Shown here: in pieces, positions 10,618 to 22,799 of the stretch
Layout of the letters: every line of letters starts with the position of its first letter
Position numbering within the stretch: the first letter of the stretch is position 1
Source: Octopus sinensis
Lineage: Eukaryota
Reading direction: 5' to 3'
DNA: 64,000 nucleotides
NCBI RefSeq assembly: GCF_006345805.1
Contig: NC_042998.1
Span: 137,764,001 to 137,828,000, forward strand
Translations under genes and position numbers: made by a program
The notes under the pieces: generated by a model
The model's database searches: none
Seen by the model: the letters and a program-made list of their open reading frames with translations, nothing else
What the model was told of the DNA's origin: nothing

Positions 10618-12899
10618 TTACTTTCTTACTACAAAACAGTGGAGGGAAAAGCAAACTAGCGAATAACAAAAACTTTTGATAAACAAATTGCTTGACAAAA
10701 CTTGAAAAACAAAGTTTTCAAATTCAGAAAAAATTTGAAATTATAGTTGACTGTATTATAACAAATACAAGATAGCCTGGAGTTTAAGCCCTAAAACGAA
10801 ATTTTCTGAATGGATGATGGTTTGATTCCTTTGCGTCTGATAAAAAAAATTATGCATTTGTATATAAAAAAATATATATAAGTTACTGGCTTAAAAGCCG
10901 CACTATCGGGTGGCTTTTAAGCTACCTGCTGCGGAGGGCTCTTCATTTGGGCCTTGGGCTTAACAATGACACTTCATGCATTGAGTACATATTAAATTTT
11001 ATTAAACTTGAGCAATATTTTACAAGCAATTAACCGTTTTCATCAAAACAATGATATAATTTATCTATTTGGAACTTATTGCAAAGCTGCATGATAAACT
11101 ATATTTTTGGTTTTCCCGTTCGTGGTCAAAACAAATAGCGGCAAGACTTCCTTTTGTACGCCCCAAAAAAGCACCACTTTATTTAATTATTTTTTTTTTG
11201 CTACACAAACCCCTGTTTTCAGCAACAGAGAATATGAATCAGCAAAAAAATTGGCAACAATTGGCATTTTGAAATTACCAACCGCCCCCAATTTTTCTAC
11301 TTAGGGTTAGGGTTACGGAAAAAAGTGAAAAATGAAGAAATGGTGGGGGGGGGAGGGTACTGTAATTTCAATTTTCCGATTTTTGGCAATTTTCCGGAAT
11401 CTTCATCTACTACTCTGTTGCAAAGGTGTAAGGTGTTACAAACAGTTCATTGGTTTTATATCACCTGCATATTTCATGTTAACAAGATATTTCAAAATTA
11501 TTTGAACAAACAATAAGAATAAATGAGATGATAAAATTTCATCAAATATATTTTGCCCTTTACATTTGCAATAATAATAATACTCAGATAATTGTACATT
11601 CGATTTTTACCTCCTACTTAATGTGAAGAGTACTTCAGCTATGAATCAATTGACCTTTTCACTCTTTTACACAACAAACTCAAGAAGCATTCCATTTTTA
11701 TTGCTTTGCTTTACTTTGTGTTATGTTTGTTGTTTGCAATAAGAATCATCACACAAATTTCTTTAAAAACAGAACATACAATCATAAATTTGAAATCAAA
11801 TTGAACTTTTATGCAAATCACTATTTTCATTAATGCTTAATGTTGTGAAACCCAGTATCAAAATACATGGCTATTCATTATAAATTATAATGACACCTCG
11901 AATGAACATCTCCTGGCTTTTATTATGAAACACTTATTTCAGGCTAACTAGAGAATATATGAAAATCATATAATACAAAGCAGGATTTGTGAGTATGGAT
12001 CAATTTTCAGGGGTGAATTGCTAGATTTTATAGTTATAGGGAGTCAAGTTTGAGTCAAGGTAACATTTAATATTTTAACAGAAACAGGTAATAAAGCTGC
12101 CATAAGAAAACTTCCTCACTGTTGTGAGAAATAACTGGAGGTTACTGTTGAGGTAATAAAATAATATTTTGGTACTTTTTCGTTTTGCCAAAGATCAGCT
12201 AAAGTAGAACTAACCAGTGCTACTTATTAACACTTACAGTAAAATCAACCTCATTTATAAACAATATTAAGTCCATCAGGGTCCTGCTGTCGGCTGTATA
12301 TAATAGGGGAGTCTCTGGATAATTGCTCAACATTTCTTCTTTCTGTTTTTCTTATTGTAATCTTCAAAGACCTCTGTCCTCTAAAGCTGGTAAGATCAAA
12401 GTAATTGAACAACTCCAAGTCAGTAATTCCAGAAGAATCTTGGGAAGAGGAGGACTTCTAACAGGCCAATTTTTTGGAGGATGAAGGATTGGTCAGAGTG
12501 AAGTCTAAGAGAGAGATAGAAAACATACACAATGTGTGTGGCCAAATAAAAGACGAGAGTTGAGTGAACCTTAGTGGAGGTGACACAAGATCAACAAGTC
12601 TTGAGAAAAAGAAGTTATTTTCAGTAACAGTAGAAAAGGCAGAGAGAGCAAAGAAGAAAGTATATCTGTGGGTGAGCAAAATATTGGCTTGTGTTGGTGG
12701 GCAATCTTGCTTATATCAACTGAGCAGCTTTTATATTATTTTAATGCAGTTTGTATATGTATCAGCAACATCATAATTGGTATGGAAGCAGTATTCTGTT
12801 GTGGATTTATCTCAAAAGAGCTCTGCAGAGTCAGCAACTATTGGGAGCAAAAGTTTTCAGGGTCAAAAGAAGTAGGCCAGTCTTTAGGATGAAGCTTCT

Positions 12900-14150
12900 G
12901 CTATATTAAAAATATGAAATCTTCAGTAAAATTGGAGGGGATTGATTTCATTTTATCTGAGACTATGTTTGCATGTACAAAATTGCATCTTTGATATGTT
13001 TTCCTGATGTTGAAGAAGACAAGAAGCCCCTGAAAGAAGAGCAGATTTTATATTAAATGTTTAGACTGCATGTAAGTGAAACTTGAGTGAAAAAGAAGAG
13101 GGAGAAGGTAAGAGTAGTGTTGTTTATATAGGGAGGGTATTGTTGGAGGTAATGACAAGTAGGTCATTGATGTATAGAAGGAAGAATGGGGGAGAGCATG
13201 ATCAAACCTTTTGGTCAGAAAATGCTCTCTGAGTCCATGCTGTAATAATGAGATCTCAGAGAAAGTATCCAATCCTAGAAATAGCTGTTAAATCTGACTC
13301 TTAACATAAACTGATGCAGAAACTGAATCTTTGGTAGTCCACAACTCATTACATATGCAATCCAAAATTAATTACTTTTTGCTTCCAAACCATCCCTTTA
13401 GGTATGTCTGTCCACATCCTACATACAATAAAAAATCACTACCCTGAGTGGTCTATTCATTCATGCACCAGTTCATGTAAAAGAACAAGAGTTGACAATG
13501 CTTGAAGAAACCCCTGCCCTCACCCTTAGAAACTAGAAAACTTTTACCCATCATTACAACACCTGTAAAACTATCATCTGAACTTCAAATGATGTTTCCC
13601 TTGCATCACATTCTTTGCAAGCTCTCTCACCTCTCAAACTGTAGTCAATCATTTTGATCCATTACCAAAAGGATCACTATCAACTTAATGAAATCCTCCT
13701 TTCTTCCCCTTTACACTCATAATGGTTCTGCAGCAGTATCCCCACAGAGGAAACCTCCATATTTGCTTTCACTTTGCATCCAACCTCACACTGCATATAG
13801 ATGAAAATCTCCTAAACTATTTCTTTCCTCTCCACCAGATTCATGACAGGCTCACATACATGCCAAGTACAAAAATACTTTTGATTGCTTCATATCAATA
13901 AGTCTACTGGTCCTGATATTGTCCTTTTACATTACCCTCAATGTGACTCTTATCATGTTCTCTCTCTGTATGGATATATACTTCATTCTTTGGAAATATG
14001 TTAAAGTGTGTCCCATTCCCAAGAAAAGCAAGCTTTCTGATATAACAAAGACCTTACCAACTACTGTCCTATTACACTCACTTCCAACATCTAAAGCCTG
14101 TCTTAAAGACAGTCATAAACAACAATCTTCTCCATTGCCTTGAATGTCTT
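12900..14150. mobile_element. Highly degenerate CR1/Jockey-like LINE RT fragments (minus ~12900-13300, plus ~13380-14150)
   Basis: Minus strand gives FLLYINDLL near 13165-13190. Plus strand gives NKSTGPD and WKYVKVCPIPKK plus a YRPITLTS-like remnant. Many stops and frameshifts. Confidence 0.6.
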
Positions 14151-14159
14151 TCTCTGTTA

Positions 14160-14772
14160 ATACCTGTTTCTTTATTACCCACAAGGAGCTAAACATAGAG
14201 AGGACAAACAAGGACAGACATACACTTGCGTCAGAAATTAATTAGCACTTCTCAAATTTCTACATTAAATAGGTTAAATCAATTAACCTTATGAGCTGTT
14301 CAAAACGTCTTACGCGATGAGAAAACTTAGTATGGTGTGATTTCGGTCCTTGCGAGGCGCTACCTATATCTATTAAACAAAGGAAGATTTGTCTGCATCC
14401 GCACTCCAAGTTGTTGCACTGCTATGTCAACATCATAAGGCTGTAGACTCTCAAACTGCTCTGCAAACAAAGTTACGTCATTGTTCTGCGCAACAGTGAA
14501 CTCGCAACAAAGCAATAGTTCGAGATATGGCCACTAGGTGACAGCACATACCTTGAGTGAAGAGCAAATCAAGGGTGCTAATTAATTTCTGACGGTAGTG
14601 TAGGTATTAAGTCGATTACATCGACCCCAGTGCATAACTGGTACTTAATTTATCGACCCCGAAAGGATGAAAGGCAAAGTCGACCTCGGCGGAATTTGAA
14701 CTCAGAACATAACGGCAGACGAAATACGGCTACGCATTTCGCCCGACGTGCTAACGATTCTGCCAGCTCGCC
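14160..14772 (-). mobile_element. tRNA-derived SINE, interrupted by a Tc1/mariner MITE
   Basis: A-box-like TGGCAGAATCGTTAG and B-box GAGTTCAAATTCC (14703-14691). The same family recurs at ~6950-7090, 18730-18890, 52800-52990, 53400-53595 and 60060-60240. Confidence 0.85.
14223..14600. mobile_element. Tc1/mariner-type MITE, 378 bp
   Basis: 26-bp TIRs CACT(TG/AC)CGTCAGAAATTAATTAGCAC, flanked by TA on both sides (14221-14222, 14601-14602). Removing it restores a continuous SINE. Confidence 0.88.
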
Positions 14773-15858
14773 ACCACTGTTAATACCACCAGTATAACTT
14801 CCATAAATGCAAAAGATTTATTGGTAGCATACTCTTCTTGAATTGTAAACTCCTAAATTCAGAACTAATTTCAGTGCTCCATGAGTTTAAGATATTTCAC
14901 ATTTGTTTATCAGCAGTTATGACAAAAGTAGAAGGAACACCATAAATTTAAAAATCACTTTAATTTTATTCTTCATTTCATTCCTATAAAAAGTTTTTAA
15001 GCTATAACTTTTGATGGTTCTATACAAATTTATTTTCTCATAATAAAAGAAACTAACAAAATCATTGGGAAATATGAAAAACAGTTTTATTTTCCACAAA
15101 ATCATATTCAAACTTACCAATAGCTGTATATACTATTGTTGTAAGGGAGTTTGTTGTTTGAGGAGCAGGAAAATGAAGATGTATTTCATTGACTGCATGG
15201 ATAATAAACTGAAGTAACCCTGGGAACATTTAACTGAATATTTATTATGGTATAAAGGTATGTGGTGTTTGTTATTTATCAAGAACAATATAAATAATTG
15301 TTGACTGGAATAGAGAGAAATATCATGCCATGTCCGTAGAAGTTTCTTATGAGACATTATGTTTTTATATATGGGACAAAAAGAACACGCAAGAAAAATA
15401 TATCACACTGACTGGTCATTTTATACTGATCGGTGGTTCACTTATGGTATCTGAATGAGTGTCTAGCAGTTAGGTTTCAGATCACTGCTACATCATTATT
15501 TCAAGTCATAATGAAGCAGAAATCTTTACAATTCATTGCATTTATGTTTGCAATATCATGAAAAATTCTTGGAATATTTGTCAAAATACAATGTTAATCA
15601 ATTGCTACCGATTTACCAACAGGTCATAGACTCATGGGAGCAGAAAATGTTTTCTTAATATATGAAACCACGATGAAAAATCATAAAAGAAAAGGTGCTA
15701 TTCTATTAGAAGAAGAAGTTCATTTTCGAAAAATTACACTTTTATGATTTTCACATTAATAAAACCAAGTGTAAATTACCAGTTACTTCCCTTTGAATTG
15801 ATGCGTAGGCGTTAACAACAAACCCATCTCACCGGTAAATTAACTGATATCAGCCAAA

Positions 15859-15882
15859 ATGGAAATCGAGGATCATCCCATT
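15859..15882 (+). CDS. TSEN15: TSEN15 coding exon 1 (MEIEDHPI)
   Basis: ATG in context GCCAAAATGG; donor GTATGC at 15883; phase 0 joins exon 2 in frame. The HP dipeptide matches the Sen15 N-terminal HP motif. Confidence 0.65.
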
Positions 15883-16829
15883 GTATGCTTTCTCATATTA
15901 TTATATTATACGCATACTTATTTTAAATAATATTAATTTGTTCTTGATAAGTCTACAATCGATATTAGTTTACTCTCTTTTCGTTATCTTCCCATGTTTA
16001 TGTTGAACTTGTCTTGCACTGTATTTTAACTTCTAATAACATATTGTTCATAATTATTTCAAGATTAATATTTTATTTATATATGTTCCTTCATGTCCTT
16101 AATGTTAAAGTTTCATGTTAGCTTCTCTCATTTCACTCACTAAGTAGTTTCAATTAATTTATCGCGTCAAGAAATAATAATTCCAATAAATAATTATTTT
16201 TAAAATAGTTGTATTTATAAGGATCAGAATGGTATTTGTAAAATGTGCACCACATTTCATTCATAATTGAATTTTTGAGATAAACGAAGCACAAATATTT
16301 TCAAACATGAATTAAAATTGGATTCATTGAAATATTATTTCTTCGCAGCGCTCACCAAATGTTTCCCCTACATTTTGTGTACATATCAAAACAGATAAAC
16401 ATAAATTTAATATTTTATTTGTATTTTTCTGTTATAATCGAGTCAATGAGAAAACCTCTATGAGGTCACTCAATTCGTGAGAGATAGCAGCCGCCCAATC
16501 ATTCCCAAATTGCAATCAACCATCATTGAAAAAAGGAAACTGCGCAGTGCATGAAAGATGAAATGGTCGTGGCGAAAACACTTCTGATAGGTCTGTTCAG
16601 TCAGGTCTAATCTAAAGCTATGCAGGGACAACAGGATTTTAGACTACTTTTCATTTCCTGCCAGTTATTTATACTTTCCTTTCATATTTCGGAACCCTTT
16701 TCGTACACCTTTTACATTGCTAGGACATGAATATCCTTAATGTTTTGTGCTATTCAGTACCACAGGTTTTGGTTCAATTCCCTGTAAAGTACTGTCATTA
16801 ATCTTTTTAGAGGTCAATAAAATAATTAC

Positions 16830-17089
16830 GGAGTTGTACTTGCATAGCAAGTGACCTGATCTGAGATCGTGTGCTGGAACAAAATCATTTGCAGCGTGGA
16901 AGGTGTTTATAAGCCATTAAAAAAAACACACAAAAACCGTTAGATTCACTTCAACATTTAAATTTAATTTGCCAAAATATTTTCCTCGCTTTGAGATCGC
17001 GACCTGTTCACTGACAAAATTCCGTGTTGCATCGGAATTTTGTCAGTGAACAGGTCGCGGTCTCAAAGCAACGAAAATGGCTTATAAAC
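16830..17089 (-). mobile_element. Penelope-like pLTR-type non-autonomous insertion: inverted partial copy plus direct copy, flanked by a 14-15-bp TSD
   Basis: CAATAAAATAATTAC at 16815-16829 and 17089-17103; internal 46-bp inverted repeat 16979-17024/17033-17078; hammerhead-like motif in both copies. The Penelope assignment is inferred from architecture, as there is no ORF. Confidence 0.7.
16966..17021 (-). ncRNA. Candidate minimal type I hammerhead ribozyme, G3-C8 core variant
   Basis: Minus strand reads aattttguca GUGAACA g gucgc gaucucaaa gcgag GAAA auau UU^ uggcaaauu. Helix I (uuuguca/uggcaaa), helix II, GAAA, palindromic AUAU in helix III and a UH site all fall at canonical spacing. This copy has one mismatch closing helix II. 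Confidence 0.65.
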
Positions 17090-17372
17090 AATAAAATAAT
17101 TACTTGTACAAACAAAAAGCCGTGATTGATTACATTAACTCAACCCTGGTTCGTAGCAAAAATCTGCCGATGCAGAAAAGAATCTAATATTTTATTATGT
17201 ATGTTGATGTTTTCTAAGGGACAGTTCATGTTTACAAATCAAATCACTCGCTGATTAAAAAGCATACATTCGAATTTCTATTATACCAAAATATAATTCT
17301 CAATATTTTACAATTTTGATTTACTGACAGTTTTTTCTTTACATCTATGCTTTATTGTTTTTATTTTAACAG

Positions 17373-17454
17373 ATGAAAAAGATTAAAAATTACAATATTA
17401 CTGACGAGGCAGATTCGTACATGGTTTTTCATGTATATATGGATCTTTGTGAAG
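17373..17454 (+). CDS. TSEN15: TSEN15 coding exon 2 (MKKIKNYNITDEADSYMVFHVYMDLCE)
   Basis: Acceptor TTTTAACAG; donor G|GTAAAT at 17455, phase 1. Resembles the Sen15 segment D...YxxFxVYxDLxE. Confidence 0.85.
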
Positions 17455-17879
17455 GTAAATATTTGAATGTGCAAATGGTAACAACACAATTTAATCTATA
17501 CTTTGGATTAAATGGTATAATTACTGTATGTATAGGTTTATTGTTACTAATTATAAATCCTAGCAGACCCATTGCTACACACTTCTCTGCAAGTATGTAT
17601 TGAGCATACTATTGTTTTTTTTTTCTGTTTTTGAGAATGGTGTTTTCTCAAGGAGATCCCAAGGTTGGCCCCCATTAGTTACTAATTCTTTACAAAGTTC
17701 TTTTTTTTTTCCTGTGGTGAGGCATATATTGTGCTACTCAGTTTAACACTAGCTCCTGACCTATGAGCAAAATTTGCTCTGTTGCAAGTATTTAAACTAA
17801 GCTCTTGCACAGGTATTACCATGAGATTTCATAGTGCACCAAAACAAAAACTGAACCTGCTGATCAATTTCCTTTCTCT

Positions 17880-19860
17880 TCTCTCACATCCATGGTTTCT
17901 GATCCAATTTTGACCCCCCTTCCATTATCTCTTATTAATATGTAAACCACACATTACTCGCTCAGACAGAAATCTCACCACCCTTATCTATAGTCTATTT
18001 CTGCTGTCCAGACTACACTCTTTACTCAAACTTCATTCTGAAAGGTGCTGTCTGAATATAGGTAGATTCCACTCTCATCAGAAACAAAGACTTCTAATTA
18101 TTTTGTTTCAAAGTCTGCTTCCTCTATTGCTTTGTAAACTTCTCAAATCCCCAATGTCCCTTCAACCATATCTATTCTTACATGGAGGACATCAATCTAG
18201 GTGCAGACATGACTGCATGGTTGAGAAGCTTGCTTTGCAACTTCATGGTTATGGGTTCATGACACCTTAGGCAGCTGTCTGTTATTATAGCCCCAGGCCA
18301 ACCAATGTTTGTGAGTGAATTTGGTAGACAGAAACTATGTTTATGGCCTGTTTTATATATATTTATGTTTGTCCCCCCCACACACACACTGCTTGAAAAT
18401 CAGTGTTAGTTTGTTTATGTTCCCATAATGTAGTGGTTCAGCAAAAGAGACCAATAGAATAAGAACTAGATAAAAAAAAAAGTACTAGGGTTGATTTGAC
18501 TAAATTCTTCAAGGTTGTGTCCCACCATGACTGAAACAAGTTAAAAATAAAAGTTAAGATCTACTTTACTCTTCTCTGAAGTCTTGGTTCTCACACTCAT
18601 CCCATGCTAGTGCCACTATTACTGAAACCAAATCCTTCATTGTCAATATCAACTAGTTTTATACCCTACACCCATCATTGACTGACAAACAGATGCTCCT
18701 AGCACCCTTGATCTCCTTGAGGGCCAGTCAATTAGATCAACTCCAATACGGAACTGGTACTTAATTTATCAACCCCAAAAAGATGAAAGGCAAAGTCAAC
18801 CTCAGCAGAATTTGAACTCAGAATGTAATGACAGATGAAATACCGCTAAGCATTTTGCCTGGCATGCTAACCTTTCTGCCTGCTTGCCACCTCTTAAATA
18901 AACTATCACCATCTCTGTACCTATTGAGTTGTTTAATCACTGCCTTGTTGTAACTACCCACCACATATATAGGGTAAACTGACCCCCCCTCACAGACACA
19001 TCTCCCAGCCTTATAGCACTTCAAGCTAGAGCTCTACTAGCAGTATACTTCAGTCCTGGCCCACTAGAAACATCTTCATAAGTGACTAAAATTATCCTCA
19101 TGAGTATATTCTTCCACATCCCCTACACAACCAAAATGTGCTGCAGCAGTTCATATAAAGAACATGGTCTACAATGCTTGGAAAGAATTCCTACCCTTAC
19201 ACATTGAATGGTTTTTACCTCGCATTGCAACACCTGTAAAAAGACAGTTGATAGGTGCAGCCACTCCTTTTAGTTCCTTGCCAAAAGGATTACTATCAAC
19301 CTAGCAGATTCTTTCTTTCCTTCACTTCTCAATCAGTACTTCTATGAATAAGACTTCCTACTTTCACATCTGACTCCGTATTGTACACATGTAAATCTCC
19401 CAAACTATTTCTTGACACTCCATCAAGTTCAAAACCATTCACACATACCAAATGAGAGGCACTCCAGTTGGTTTAAACTAGCCCACCAGTCCTGATGATG
19501 CTTCTTCCATTACTACCAAACAATGTAACGCAGAGCTAGCCCCTGTTCTCACCAAACTTTCCAATCTCTTCTTTCCCTCTTTCTCTCTGTCTGTCTCTCT
19601 CTCTTTCCGTCTGTCTGTCTGTCTTTCTGTGGATATGTTCCAATCTTTGGAAATATGCTACAATATTTCCCAGTCCTAAGAAGGTTTCTCTTTGCTTTTT
19701 GTTGTCCTATTCTACTCATTTCTAATGTTCCAAATGTAACTGACACAGGCATTGAACAACAATTTTCTCCATTACCTTAAATCTCTTTTTATTTTTTAAT
19801 AACCACATGGACTTCCTAAGTCAATCCAGAAAAAAACCCATCTAAATGTCTTCTATTATA
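17880..19860 (+). mobile_element. Degenerate CR1/Jockey-like LINE (APE to start of RT), interrupted by SINEs, in TSEN15 intron 2
   Basis: Remnant motifs LAQTEIS, HSNFILKG, and PTSPDD...KQCNAELAPVLTKL; SINE insertions at ~18215-18560 and ~18730-18890. Confidence 0.55.
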
Positions 19861-19998
19861 GCCTTAAGCTGACCAAAGCCTTGTGAGTGGATTTGGTAGA
19901 CAGAAACTGATAAAAGCCTTGGTTTCTCCACCCATTACAGTGACTCTTTCACTCCTGCCTCTTCCCTTTCCCCTTGGCTTCACAGACTCCCCAACCAC

Positions 19999-20143
<145 letters not shown>

Positions 20144-20848
20144 CTTCTCCACCCAGCATAGAATAAGATATTGTGCATGGAACAAATTTTGAGGACTGAG
20201 TGGTGTACTCATAGGGAGGGGTGTTACTGAGACTGAAAAAAAGGTGTATAATACATGTGTGAAATGTGTAAGATATGGATAATGAACATGAAGTAATAGA
20301 GAAGGCTGGAAAGAACAAAAATGAGAACAATTCAGTAGATAACAAGAGTATCATTGAGAGAGAAGACAAACACTGCATTGCAGAGGATGGTAGTAATTGA
20401 GCCAGTGATAGATATAAAGAGAAATGGAATGAGGTAGTTCTGTCATGTGATGAGGAAGGATGAAAATTGATGGGTGAGAGGCATGATAGAAATGAATGCG
20501 GAAGGAAGTAGGGAAAAGCAAAGACCAAGAAAGACATGGTTAAAAGTAATATTGAAAGAAATAAGTGCAAGGGAGTCAGTGAGGATTTGTGTAGAGTACA
20601 GGACAAAATGAGGAAGACCGTTATGGAGCCCACAAGAGTTAATCTCTCACAGCAGGAAAAATAAACTTAAATATTCATGATATTTAAATTAGAATTTTGG
20701 TATAATATTCTCTAAAGTTATTTTATTGTATTTGTTATGACTTGAAAATTCAAAATATTTGTAACAAGAGAATTTTTGTTTAACTTTTAACTCATTTCCA
20801 TATAATTTAAACTTCTTTTCAAATATATGTTTATTGGTTTCTTTTCAG

Positions 20849-21035
20849 TTCAGAATTGGTGGAATGTACGTGTCCACATGTGTCCAGAACTGAACCTATT
20901 GTTCCTGTCAGGTCATCCAAACTGTAGTGAACCACAAGAAATTGTGCTACCTATTGAATGTACAAAACAGATTAGTCCTCAAGACTTAAAAAAATATACC
21001 TCATACCTCAAAGTAGAGAAATGTCCCAATGACAG
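20849..21035 (+). CDS. TSEN15: TSEN15 coding exon 3 (VQNWWNVRVHMCPELNLLFLSG...EIVLPIECTKQISPQDLKKY...CPND)
   Basis: Acceptor CTTTTCAG at 20848; donor AG|GTGAGT at 21036; phases 1 and 2 fit the neighbouring exons. Resembles Sen15 W..V....PELxLxxLxG...VxP. Confidence 0.88.
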
Positions 21036-22337
21036 GTGAGTTAATTTTGTTTACTTGATAATGTAAATATATTCTTTTGTAGGTCATTACTCATGAACTC
21101 TTAACAAACGAACTGTAGACAAAGACCTTCATTGTGCACTAGTTATTAAGCTGGTCTGCAAAGAAGGGACTTCCAGTTAGACGGGAGACATGAGCTTAAA
21201 TGGCCAGTCATACTTTCTCTCACAGTGAAGATGATTGATGCAGAATAAATGATACTTCAACACACTCTTGTTTGTGGTTATTTTTATGTATGGCTCAACA
21301 AAATCTATACTTCAGTCATTGGATTGTGGTTATACATGGGTATTATGTTGAGGGGTTCAAGTTGATCAAATCATCCTCAGTATTTATTTTTCAGTACTTG
21401 TTCTATGAATCTCTAAGTTGCAAGGAAGCAAATAAACCAACCAACCCATGTTGTCAAGCTATGAAACAGACACAACAGTATGTGCACATGCATGCACATA
21501 CAGACAACAGGCTTCTGTGCAGTTTCTGCCTATCAAATTCATTCACAATGCATTGGTCAGCTTTCTTTAAGTGCCGTGCATTTATTGATATATGGACAAA
21601 GTATAAAGCAAACTTCTGTAGGATTTCAATTAATGAATTGACTTGACCACAATATATTAATATTTATATATTTTGAAGAGATAAAAGACAAGTAGAGTTC
21701 AGATTCAGAACATAGCATACAGGGGAGAAATTCAGTTCTTCTACATCTGAATTCTTGAGATTAAACTGAAAATGATTTAGGCTCTGATATTGCACCCTGT
21801 CATATTTATATTTTATCTTTCATCTCCCCACAAATTAATAGGTACCAACACACAAGGAATAATTTCATTGACAATATCCTTCCTTATCGAAACACATCTA
21901 AACCCACCAAATCCTCCTTTCCCTTTTACTTAATGATCTGACTCCCACTTCTTGGAACTCTTATTTTTCCAGTTCTTTTCCCTCAGAAATGCATGCTTTT
22001 AAGTCTTTACAACTCGCTTTGAACTACTATACTAAAAGATTTTATACAAAACATGAATTGTATTGTTTCTTCTCCTTGTAAAGTAGGATAGCCCTAAATG
22101 TCCTTGCCACATTCTGTCACCTATTCACTCTATCCACTCTCCTTTTTCTTATTAGTCCCTATAACCAATCCCTTTTCTTTGCCATACCCCACCTCAAATT
22201 AGTTATTACTCTGTTACACTGTTACTCTCTCCACTTTGCATGTCAGATTTCTGAAACAGTAATTCTATACCTTATCCATTCATCTAGTTTATCTTTCTTT
22301 CCTTTGTTTTGATTAAATTTCCACTTTTCTTTTTCAG

Positions 22338-22527
22338 TTTAACTGTTGCTGTCTATGAAAGTGATTCAACTATTGTATATCTCCGAGTCAAGGCAGGTCT
22401 TTTATTTCCCAACAATCCAGACACTGAAGCTCACTCATCACAGGCTGTATGGAACAGAAATCTTTTTATGTCTCAAGAGGAAAAAAATTTTCATTTTCAT
22501 CAGTTTCAACAAAAATACACTGGCTGA
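22338..22527 (+). CDS. TSEN15: TSEN15 terminal coding exon (SLTVAVYESDSTIVYLRVKAGLLFP...YTG*)
   Basis: Acceptor TTTTTCAG at 22337; contains the Sen15 hallmark (L/V)A(I/V)xESDSTIVY; stop TGA 22525-22527; AATAAA at 22954-22959. Confidence 0.9.
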
Positions 22528-22738
22528 CTGTTGTAAAGAACATTCCAATTTGAATCTCTTCCAAACTAGCATATATTTCTTGTGTTAGTTCTTATAATTA
22601 TAGCTGTTATCAGCTAATATAATGGCTTTTTTGGACATGTTTTAAACTGTGTTGACATGAAAAGAAGAGAAAAAATTTCCAAACATATGTAGTATTTGAA
22701 CCATATTTTATATACATACATACATACATACATACATG

Positions 22739-22799
<61 letters not shown>

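Noticed and set aside
14691-14772. tRNA genes (also at ~51621-51700)
   Set aside because: A/B boxes are followed by SINE bodies present in many copies; no complete cloverleaf.
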